Of a stretch of DNA of 64,000 nucleotides, positions 9,169 to 17,479 are shown in pieces. The stretch is from Candidatus Saccharimonadota bacterium (GTDB lineage: Bacteria > Patescibacteriota > Saccharimonadia > Saccharimonadales > JACDBH01). The notes beneath the pieces are model-generated. The model made no database searches. It saw only the letters and a list, made by a program, of their open reading frames with translations, and was not told the origin of the DNA. Location: positions 70,758 through 134,757 of the forward strand of contig JAQGGW010000005.1 in assembly GCA_028289135.1 (NCBI GenBank), written 5' to 3'. The translations under genes were made by a program, and so were the position numbers. Positions within the stretch are counted from its first letter, which is position 1, and the number at the start of each line of letters is the position of its first letter.

Positions 9169-10215
9169 ATGACAATGTATAATGGACACCAGATGACAGA
9201 CACGAGCAAAATCCAGGAAGTCCGGGCCGTACTGACGGAGCGTTTAAACACGCTTAAAAACAAACAGGACATTTTAAAATCGGTTGAACTAAAGGCTCTG
9301 TATGAGGAGTTAAAAGGTCTTCCAGCCGAAGATAAAGGCGCCTACGGTAAGGCGGTTAACGACCTCCGTATGGAACTAACCACGGCCGCCCAGGCAGGAT
9401 TGGCAGAAGCAAACGAATTGCCATTTATTGATGTTACAGCGCCATTTGATGCCAACGTCAAGCAAAAACCACGGCCTTTGGGACCAGAAGCTGGCAGCGT
9501 CCACCCGCTCATGAAAGAACAAGACTTGATTATCGACATTTTTAACAGGATGGGTTTTGTAACAATCGAGTCGCGACAGATTGACGACGACTACCACATG
9601 TTCGAAAGCCTTAATTTCCCAGCCGACCATCCAGCCCGCGACGATTACGACACTTTTACCACCACCGAAGGCTTTATTGCGCCCGCGCACACCAGCACCA
9701 TGCAAAACCGTGTACTAAAAATGTACAAAGAAAACCTGGCCAAGGGCGAACCGATTGCGGTGCTATATCCGGGGCGCGTCTACCGTAACGAAGACATTGA
9801 CGTGACGCATGAGCACACGTTTTACCAGTACGAAGGCATGGTTGTTGGAAAAGGAATTAATGTCGGCAACCTCATCGCTACCCTGCGCGCATTTATGAGT
9901 GAGTATTTCGGCCAGGAGCTTAAGGCCAAGCTGCAGCCGTTTTATTTCCCTTTTACCGAACCCTCTTTTGAGTTTGCGATTGAACGACCCGAAATTCTGC
10001 GCAAAGGCGACACTGAAGCCGACATGTGGCTGGAACTTTTGGGCTGCGGCATGGTACACCCAAATGTGCTTAAAATGGCCGGGGTTGACCCTGAAGTTTA
10101 CAGCGGTTTTGCCTGGGGCGGAGGCTTGGAACGATTGGTGCTGATGAAATACGGTATCGAAGATATCCGGCATTTTGAAGCCGCTAAACTAGATTTTTTG
10201 AGGCAATTCTCATGA
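9169..10215 (+). CDS. pheS: phenylalanine--tRNA ligase alpha subunit
   Basis: Class II aaRS core ...FPADHPARD... and GFAWGGGLERLVLMKYGIEDIR. Followed by pheT with a 4-nt overlap. Confidence 0.9.
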   Translation: MTMYNGHQMTDTSKIQEVRAVLTERLNTLKNKQDILKSVELKALYEELKGLPAEDKGAYGKAVNDLRMELTTAAQAGLAEANELPFIDVTAPFDANVKQKPRPLGPEAGSVHPLMKEQDLIIDIFNRMGFVTIESRQIDDDYHMFESLNFPADHPARDDYDTFTTTEGFIAPAHTSTMQNRVLKMYKENLAKGEPIAVLYPGRVYRNEDIDVTHEHTFYQYEGMVVGKGINVGNLIATLRAFMSEYFGQELKAKLQPFYFPFTEPSFEFAIERPEILRKGDTEADMWLELLGCGMVHPNVLKMAGVDPEVYSGFAWGGGLERLVLMKYGIEDIRHFEAAKLDFLRQFS

Positions 10216-12737
10216 AAGTAAGCCTAAATACAGCAGATTGGTTGAGCAACGTTGACCTTACAAAAATCGGTGTAGATACGCTCATCCAAAAAATTGGTGC
10301 CCAGCTGGGCGCAGTCGAAGAAGTAACTCATTGGGGTCCACGCTATGACGGCATTGTAGTCGCTAAGGTTGTTGGCTGCGTGCAGCATCCAAACGCCGAT
10401 AAACTTCGTGTTTGCACAATTGATGACGGCGGCGTTACCCAAAACGTAGCCCGCAATAACGAAGGTTATGTCGAGGTAGTCTGCGGCGCGCCAAATGCCC
10501 GCGAAGGCATCATTGTCGCATGGCTGCCGCCGGGCAGTACCGTCCCAAGTTCAATCGGCAAAGACCCATTTGTTCTTGGTGCGCGTGAACTGCGCGGCGT
10601 AGTGAGCAATGGCATGCTCGGCAGCCCAAAAGAACTTGGCATAGGCGATGACCACAGCGGCATTTTAGAAATTAACCCAGCAGAGGTCCGCAAAGAACTT
10701 ATTGTTCCTGGATCGCCATTTAAGAAGCTTTACAGCCTTGATGACGTAATTATCGACTGCGAAAACAAAATGTTCACGCACCGCCCGGACTGCTTTGGAA
10801 CCCTTGGTGTGGCGCGCGAACTTGCTGGGATTCAGCAGCTTAAATTTAGAAGCCCAGGATGGTACACAGAGGAAGCGCATTTTGAAAACGCTGCCAAAGG
10901 CAATGAATTAAGCTACGGCGTAAAAAATGAACTTATCGAGCTCGTGCCGCGCTATATGCTGGTTGGGATCGCGAATGTCAAAATCGGGCCAAGCCCAATT
11001 TGGTTGCAGGCATATTTAAGCCGTGTTGGTATCCGCCCAATCAACAACATTGTCGACACGACCAACTACATAATGATGATCACCGGACAGCCGCTGCATG
11101 CTTTTGATTTTGACAAAGTTGCCAAAAACGGTGATGCCCAGATAATTATTCGCAGTCCCAAAAAGGACGAAACAATCACACTTTTGGACGGTAAAACCAT
11201 CACCCCGCGCGAAGAAGCAATTATGATCTGTAATGAAGACAAGCCGATTGCGCTTGGAGGTGTGATGGGCGGCGGCAACTCAGAGATCGACGAAAACACT
11301 AAGAATATACTGATTGAGTGCGCTAACTTTAATATGTATAACGTCCGCCGGACCAGCATGGAACACGGCATTTTTACCGAGGCTGTAACACGCTTAAACA
11401 AAGGCCAGTCGCCATGGCAATGCCCAGTGGTTTTGGCAAAAGCGATAGAGATGGTATTGCAAGTCAGCCCTGGTGCAGAAGTTGGCGGCAAGCCGGCCGA
11501 CAGCAAACACATTAAGCACGAACACCAGAGCGTTAAAATCAGCGCCGAATTTGTTAACGAACGGCTTGGATCGAACTTAACGCTTAAAGATATCGAAAAA
11601 TTGCTGGAAAACGTTGAATTTAAGATTACAACCGTTCCTGCCGACAAACACCGCCTGCATGTCATGGCGCCGTTTTGGCGGATGGATATTGAACTGCCAG
11701 AGGATATTGTCGAGGAAATTGGACGATTGCACGGTTACAGCCTGCTGCCAACAAACCTGCCGGCAAGAAGTGCAAAAGCAGCGCCTCACAATGAGCTTTT
11801 AAGCCTTAAAACTGAAATCCGCACAATCTTGGCGGAGGCTGGAGCAAACGAAGTTGTAACTTATAGCTTTGTGCATGGCGCGCTGCTTAAAAAAGTTGGC
11901 CAGCCAGCCGAGGAAGCCTATGCCATCCGCAATGCCTTAAGCCCCGACTTGCAGTATTACCGCTTGAGCCTCACGCCAAGCTTGCTCGACAAAGTAAACA
12001 TGAACCTGCGCGCCGGCTATGACGAATTTGCATTGTTTGAGCTTAACCGTACCCATATCCGATCGCGCGGTCTAACCGATGAAAAAGTTCCAAAAGAGCT
12101 TAATATGCTGAGCCTTGTTTATACCGCCAATGACAAAACCGCGCCTGAAGGAGCTGCTTTTTACCAGGCACGAAAATACCTTGAGTTTTTAACACACAAA
12201 CTTGGCATAACGCCGCGATTAGAATCATTAAGCGAAGAACCAACGGACGCCGTCTATAAACCATTTGACTGGAAGCGATCAGCCAGCGTAACAGATGTGG
12301 CAACTGGGACGTATATTGGTATTATCGGCGAATACCGCTCCGAGGTGCGCGCGGGTTTGAAACTGCCAATTCATAGCGCCGGGTTTGAGCTAAGCCAGGA
12401 CGCCTTTTTGGCCGCGCGTAAGCCGCTTGCATATACAGTGTCTTCACGTTTTCCATCACAGAGCCAGGATTTAACCCTCGAAACTCCAGCCGCTGTGCGC
12501 TTTAACACACTTGTGCACGCGCTTGAGGACGAGCTAAAAACCGCCAACCAAGAACACGGCTACACCATCAAGACTGAAGCCCAAAACATCTACCGCCCAG
12601 ACGAGCTAAAACTGCGCTATACTTTCCGGATTACTATCAGCCACTTTGAGCGCACACTGGTTACCGCTGAGGTAAACGCGCTGCTGGACAATGTTGCTGC
12701 CGGACTTAAGGCAAGGCTCCCAGTCGAACGCATATGA
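10212..12737 (+). CDS. pheT: phenylalanine--tRNA ligase beta subunit
   Basis: 841 aa with an N-terminal tRNA-binding domain, B3/4 and B5 regions. ATGA overlap with pheS. Confidence 0.9.
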   Translation: MKVSLNTADWLSNVDLTKIGVDTLIQKIGAQLGAVEEVTHWGPRYDGIVVAKVVGCVQHPNADKLRVCTIDDGGVTQNVARNNEGYVEVVCGAPNAREGIIVAWLPPGSTVPSSIGKDPFVLGARELRGVVSNGMLGSPKELGIGDDHSGILEINPAEVRKELIVPGSPFKKLYSLDDVIIDCENKMFTHRPDCFGTLGVARELAGIQQLKFRSPGWYTEEAHFENAAKGNELSYGVKNELIELVPRYMLVGIANVKIGPSPIWLQAYLSRVGIRPINNIVDTTNYIMMITGQPLHAFDFDKVAKNGDAQIIIRSPKKDETITLLDGKTITPREEAIMICNEDKPIALGGVMGGGNSEIDENTKNILIECANFNMYNVRRTSMEHGIFTEAVTRLNKGQSPWQCPVVLAKAIEMVLQVSPGAEVGGKPADSKHIKHEHQSVKISAEFVNERLGSNLTLKDIEKLLENVEFKITTVPADKHRLHVMAPFWRMDIELPEDIVEEIGRLHGYSLLPTNLPARSAKAAPHNELLSLKTEIRTILAEAGANEVVTYSFVHGALLKKVGQPAEEAYAIRNALSPDLQYYRLSLTPSLLDKVNMNLRAGYDEFALFELNRTHIRSRGLTDEKVPKELNMLSLVYTANDKTAPEGAAFYQARKYLEFLTHKLGITPRLESLSEEPTDAVYKPFDWKRSASVTDVATGTYIGIIGEYRSEVRAGLKLPIHSAGFELSQDAFLAARKPLAYTVSSRFPSQSQDLTLETPAAVRFNTLVHALEDELKTANQEHGYTIKTEAQNIYRPDELKLRYTFRITISHFERTLVTAEVNALLDNVAAGLKARLPVERI

Positions 12738-14506
12738 AAAAACTACTAATTTTATTAGTATTGCCGTTTTTGCTTTTAGTTGTTAATCCTGCGCGGGCGC
12801 ATGCTCAAGGCGTTCAAGATTTTGTAATTAATGATTTTCACGGTGAGTACACCTTAACTAAAGCTGATAAACAGGGTGAAATGAACATTGCCGAAGAAAT
12901 AGACTTAACTTTTAGCGGCTTTAACCACGGTATTTTGCGGGCTATACCCAAAAGCTATAAAGGCCATCCTCTAAAGCTAAAAGTTGACAGCATAACATCA
13001 AAAACAGGCGCTCCGACCAAATATACTACATACTCCGAAAATGGGAATACGGTTTTGAAGATCGGTGATGCTAACCGGACCATTACTGGACCGCAAGAAT
13101 ACACAATTGCCTACACGCTCCAAAATGTCATAAGCTTTTATAATGACCACGACGAATTATTCTGGGATATAAATGGTGACCAATGGAAACAACCTTTTGA
13201 GCATGTTTCTGCGGTATTTCACCTACCGCCAGACGTTAAGCTTAACACCAGCTTTGGTAGCGGTGGTTTAACTTGTTATGCTGGGGCGCTTGGGACTACA
13301 ACTAAAGACTGTACGATTTCCGACGAAAACGGGCAGTTTAGGGCCAATGCCAATCGTGAGCTAAACAGTGGTGAAACATTAAGTATTGTGGCAGCTTTTC
13401 CAAAAGGGAGCTTTACTAAGTTTACGGTCATGGACTTTTTGGCTGACAACATAGGAATCTTGATCAAGGTCTTATTAATTCCAATCCTAGTGTTTATTTA
13501 TTGTTTTGGACGATGGCGCAAACTTGGGCGTGATGCCAAGGGCGGTGGGACGATTATCCCGCAGTACGGCCCTCCGGATGGACTCAAACCGATTGAAGCC
13601 GGGACACTGATGGACTTTAAAACTGATCAAAAAGATCTGACAGCATGTATTGTTGACCTGGCTATACGCGGGCATATAAGGATTATCGAGGAGAAAAAGG
13701 ACCGTCTGATCGGCAAGGACAAGCTTATATATACTCTCGAGATTCTACCTGTTGAAGAAAATGACCTTGAAGGCGCCGAGGCTAAAATTTTGCATGGTTT
13801 GCAGAGCCTTGGCACTCAAGGCGACTCAGGTGTAATTGTCGTAAAAACCAGCGACTTGACCAACAAATTTTATGTAACCGCCAACAGCGTAAAAGCCGAT
13901 GTGCCGGAGCGCCTTGCTGCTAACGGATATTTTGTTTCAAATCCTCTTAAGGCTGCTGGGCCAATTATGGGTATTGGGGTTATTTGTTTTATTGTCGTGA
14001 CGATGGCGGCACTCTTTAGACTTTGGTCACTTGGCGCAGCGTTTGGTGTTGTTATCGCCTTTATTTTTGGGATTCTAATGCCTGCGCGCACCCAAAAAGG
14101 GGTTGAAGCCCGCGAAGCAATGCTTGGGCTAAAACTGTACCTAGAAACGGCCGAAAAAGACCGGATTAAAATGCTGCAGTCACCAAACGCGCCGTATGCC
14201 GATAATGCTAATGCGCCTGTAAAAACGGTGGAGCTGTTTGAAAAACTTTTGCCATATGCCATGATCTTGGGCGTTGAAAACGAATGGGCAAAACAGTTTG
14301 AGAGCATCTACACTCAGCCCCCAGATTGGTACAGCGGCAACTGGACCAGCTTTAATACCGGGTATTTGATCGGAAGTCTGAACAGTTCAATGTCAAGCGT
14401 AGGCGCTTCGGCTTTTTCATCTCCAAGCTCTAGTTCGGGTTCTGGATTTGGGAGTGGCGGCGGAGGCGGTGGCGGAGGTGGTGGTGGAGGCGGAGGTGGC
14501 TGGTGA
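12734..14506 (+). CDS. DUF2207-family membrane protein with poly-Gly C-terminal tail
   Basis: Signal peptide MKKLLILLVLPFLLLVVNPARAHA, TM helices mid-protein and near the C-terminus, and a terminal SGFGSGGGGGGGGGGGGGGGW typical of DUF2207. ATGA overlap with pheT. Confidence 0.6.
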   Translation: MKKLLILLVLPFLLLVVNPARAHAQGVQDFVINDFHGEYTLTKADKQGEMNIAEEIDLTFSGFNHGILRAIPKSYKGHPLKLKVDSITSKTGAPTKYTTYSENGNTVLKIGDANRTITGPQEYTIAYTLQNVISFYNDHDELFWDINGDQWKQPFEHVSAVFHLPPDVKLNTSFGSGGLTCYAGALGTTTKDCTISDENGQFRANANRELNSGETLSIVAAFPKGSFTKFTVMDFLADNIGILIKVLLIPILVFIYCFGRWRKLGRDAKGGGTIIPQYGPPDGLKPIEAGTLMDFKTDQKDLTACIVDLAIRGHIRIIEEKKDRLIGKDKLIYTLEILPVEENDLEGAEAKILHGLQSLGTQGDSGVIVVKTSDLTNKFYVTANSVKADVPERLAANGYFVSNPLKAAGPIMGIGVICFIVVTMAALFRLWSLGAAFGVVIAFIFGILMPARTQKGVEAREAMLGLKLYLETAEKDRIKMLQSPNAPYADNANAPVKTVELFEKLLPYAMILGVENEWAKQFESIYTQPPDWYSGNWTSFNTGYLIGSLNSSMSSVGASAFSSPSSSSGSGFGSGGGGGGGGGGGGGGGW

Positions 14507-14536
14507 CCTTGGGCACCTGCGCCAGCTAACTAGAAA

Positions 14537-14560
14537 CCGGGCAAAGCCCGGATTTGCCTG
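14537..14560 (+). terminator. rho-independent terminator-like hairpin after the DUF2207 gene
   Basis: CCGGG-caaag-CCCGG followed by aTTTGccTGTT. Confidence 0.4.
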
Positions 14561-14610
14561 TTAGCTTCTTGGCCATTTTCGCCAAAAATCCTTGCGGTAC
14601 GAAATCATTG

Positions 14611-14657
14611 TTTTTTCGCGGTGCTGCGGGCTGAGCCCGCTGGCACGCGAAAAAAAG
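14611..14657. terminator. symmetric GC hairpin flanked by T6/A7 tracts (bidirectional terminator-like)
   Basis: TTTTTTCGCG ... gcgggctgagcccgc ... CGCGAAAAAAA. Confidence 0.35.
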
Positions 14658-14797
14658 ACTATGTCGCTTCACCGTACCTTTGTACGGCTTGCTTGCGTTT
14701 CGCAGATCTTTGACGAAACCGGCTCAAGCGCAGGCACCCAAGGCCCTACACTAAAACGGTCGTTAAAGAAGACGACTTTACGCTATACTTATAGATA

Positions 14798-16573
14798 ATG
14801 AAGCACATCTGGCGGATGATCACTTTTACGAAGGAGCTTTGGCGGTATTACGCCGGTATTAGCGTGCTGACGGTTCTGGCCAGCCTCACGACGGTTGTGG
14901 TACCGCTTTTGAGCGGGTGGGCTATTGAGGAGATCCGCAAAGGCGCTGCGGCAAGCATTAAGCACGTTATTATTTTGGCGCTGCTGCTGTTTATTATGGA
15001 TGTGCTCGGCAACATCCTAAACAACATCAATGGCTACTACGGCGACCAGCTTTCGGCCAAACTTAACAAGCTTTTGGCAGTCCGCTATTTTGAGCATCTT
15101 TTGGACCTGCCGCAAAAATTCTTTGACACCGAGCTTACCGGCAAGCTAACAAACCGGCTAAACCGTTCGGTCATGCAGATTAGTAACTTCGTCCAGGCCA
15201 TGACAAATAACTTCATGCAGTTTATTTTTAGTACCATCTTTGCTCTTGTTATCGTGGCGTTTTATAGCTGGCCGGTTGCACTCATGCTGCTGTCGCTTTA
15301 TCCGCTTTATATCTGGCTGACGATCAAAAGCAGCGACACCTGGCAGTCATATCAAAAGGATAAAAACGAACAATACGACATTGCCAATGGCCGTTTTACC
15401 GAGTCGATTGCCCAGGTCAAGGTCATCAAAAGCTTTATCCAGGAAAAGCACGAACTAGGCTTCTTTACCCGCCACACCGACAAGGCTGTGCAGATCAATG
15501 TGCCGCAGAGCAAATATTGGCACAAACGCGATGTTCGCCGCCGGCTGCTGTTAAACGTTATATTCTTGGCAGTCTATTCATACATTTTTGTTACGGCCGT
15601 GCACGGTTCGATCAGCCCAGGTGTTGCTGTGGCGCTAATCTTGTACGCCCAGCAAATCCGCATCCCGATTTTTACGATCAGCTTTTTGGTCGACAGCACC
15701 CAGCGCGCCATGGCAGACAGCAAAGACTACTTTGACATTATGTCGATCGAACCCGAAATTGCCGACCATGATGGCTCGGAGCCTATTAAACTGGCAGGAA
15801 CTGAGATTGTATTTAAAGATGTATCATTTGGCTACGACGATAAGCACATGGTATTAAACGGGTTGGACTTTACGGTCAGTCAAGGTACCAAAGTGGCGCT
15901 GGTTGGTGAAAGCGGCGAAGGCAAGACGACCATTACAAACCTTTTGATGCGGCTTTACGAACCGCAGCAGGGGACCATTACAATTGGCGGCACCGACATA
16001 AATACAGTCACCCAAAAATCTTTGCGCCAACAGATTGGCGTAGTGTTCCAAGACCCGGCTTTATTTAGCGGCACAATCCGTGAAAACATAGCCTACTCCA
16101 ACCAAAGCGCCAGCGAAGCGGAGGTTATTGCCGCCGCTAAAGCTGCCAACGCCCACGAGTTTATTTCGGAATTTGAAAAAAGCTACGACACCCAGATCGG
16201 CGAACGCGGCCTAAAACTTTCCGGCGGCCAAAAACAGCGGATTGCCATTGCCCGGGCACTGCTCAAAGACGCTCCAATCCTGATCTTGGACGAAGCAACC
16301 AGCAGCCTGGACAGCAGGAGCGAAGTCATGGTCCAGGAAGCTTTGGAGCGCCTAATGCACGGCCGGACAACGATTATTATCGCCCACCGCCTCAGCACAA
16401 TCCAAAGCGTTGATCAGATTATTACTATAAGCCAGGGCAGAGTAGATGAGGTCGGCAGCCCACATGAGCTTGCCAAAACCAAAGGCATCTACGCCCAGCT
16501 GCTTAGCCTGCAAAACCGCGAACCAACAGAAAAAACCCGCGAGCAGCTCAAAGAGTTTGAAATCGCCGGCTGA
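14798..16573 (+). CDS. ABC transporter, fused permease/ATPase (MsbA-type exporter)
   Basis: 6-TM N-terminal domain. Walker A GESGEGKTT, signature LSGGQKQRIAIARAL, Walker B ILILDEATSSLD. Confidence 0.85.
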   Translation: MKHIWRMITFTKELWRYYAGISVLTVLASLTTVVVPLLSGWAIEEIRKGAAASIKHVIILALLLFIMDVLGNILNNINGYYGDQLSAKLNKLLAVRYFEHLLDLPQKFFDTELTGKLTNRLNRSVMQISNFVQAMTNNFMQFIFSTIFALVIVAFYSWPVALMLLSLYPLYIWLTIKSSDTWQSYQKDKNEQYDIANGRFTESIAQVKVIKSFIQEKHELGFFTRHTDKAVQINVPQSKYWHKRDVRRRLLLNVIFLAVYSYIFVTAVHGSISPGVAVALILYAQQIRIPIFTISFLVDSTQRAMADSKDYFDIMSIEPEIADHDGSEPIKLAGTEIVFKDVSFGYDDKHMVLNGLDFTVSQGTKVALVGESGEGKTTITNLLMRLYEPQQGTITIGGTDINTVTQKSLRQQIGVVFQDPALFSGTIRENIAYSNQSASEAEVIAAAKAANAHEFISEFEKSYDTQIGERGLKLSGGQKQRIAIARALLKDAPILILDEATSSLDSRSEVMVQEALERLMHGRTTIIIAHRLSTIQSVDQIITISQGRVDEVGSPHELAKTKGIYAQLLSLQNREPTEKTREQLKEFEIAG

Positions 16574-16676
16574 TTACTCCGGTTTAATACTCAAAGAAAA
16601 TATAGTTGTCTATTTAACAAAACAAACCGCGCCATTGCCTGGTATACTGGTTAAGATTAACTGGAGGAGTTTTTAA

Positions 16677-17282
16677 GTGGCAGATAAAGTAGGTAAAAAA
16701 GAATACGCGACTAGATTTGGAATGGGCGTTTTGGCGGCATTGTTTTTAGTAACATCCGTTGGATTTAGTTTGTTGGTTATCTGGCAAGTTAAGCAGCAGC
16801 ACAAAAACGAGGCAGTCCAAAAAGCGGCAACTGACGCTATCGCCAAGCAATCAACCACCCAAACCACCCCGCCAACAACAACTAACCCAACAGGAGCAAT
16901 AAAAATGGAAGGTACACAATTAGCAAACTTTACACCGGTAGCGAGCATTCCGGAGTTACAAAAAATTGATACAGTCATCGGCACAGGCACAGAGGTAAAA
17001 GCAGGGGACACAGTAACGGCGCACTACACCGGCGCGGTCGCGGCAACCGGAATTATTTTCCAAAGTTCACACGACGGCCAAAACAAGCCAATACCATTTG
17101 GCCTTAACCAGGTTATTAAGGGCTGGACCGACGGAGTACCCGGCATGAAAGTTGGCGGCACACGCCGTTTGCTTATCCCAGCTGCGCAGGCTTATGGCGC
17201 GACTCCACCGAGCGGATCTGGAATCCCAGCAAACGCCGACTTAGTATTCGACATAGAACTTACTGCTGTTAGCAGTAAGTAG
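16677..17282 (+). CDS. FKBP-type peptidyl-prolyl cis-trans isomerase, membrane-anchored
   Basis: GTG start preceded by the RBS ggaggag. The FKBP core DTVTAHYTG...GLNQVIKGWTDGVPGMKVGGTRRLLIP. Confidence 0.8.
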   Translation: MADKVGKKEYATRFGMGVLAALFLVTSVGFSLLVIWQVKQQHKNEAVQKAATDAIAKQSTTQTTPPTTTNPTGAIKMEGTQLANFTPVASIPELQKIDTVIGTGTEVKAGDTVTAHYTGAVAATGIIFQSSHDGQNKPIPFGLNQVIKGWTDGVPGMKVGGTRRLLIPAAQAYGATPPSGSGIPANADLVFDIELTAVSSK

Positions 17283-17479
17283 GCTACGGCGACTTCCGCA
17301 TGGTGCACATTTTGAACGAAAACCTGCGCTAAAGATCTCACCGTACCAACCCGTACGCCTCGACCTTTATGCTCGGTTTTCGTCCAAACTGCACTACCAT
17401 GCGAAACTCGTTAACAAATTGTTGCGCCGTAGAGTATTGTATGCTTAACTTGTTAAGTATTAATCAGGAAACTCTTTTC

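Noticed and set aside
11066-11665. 199-aa minus-strand ORF
   Set aside because: It is antisense inside pheT. It is a spurious open frame.
14592-14798. 68-aa ORF in the DUF2207-ABC intergenic region
   Set aside because: It overlaps two terminator-like hairpins, has no RBS and has Cys/Arg-rich odd composition. The region is better explained as noncoding terminator/promoter DNA.
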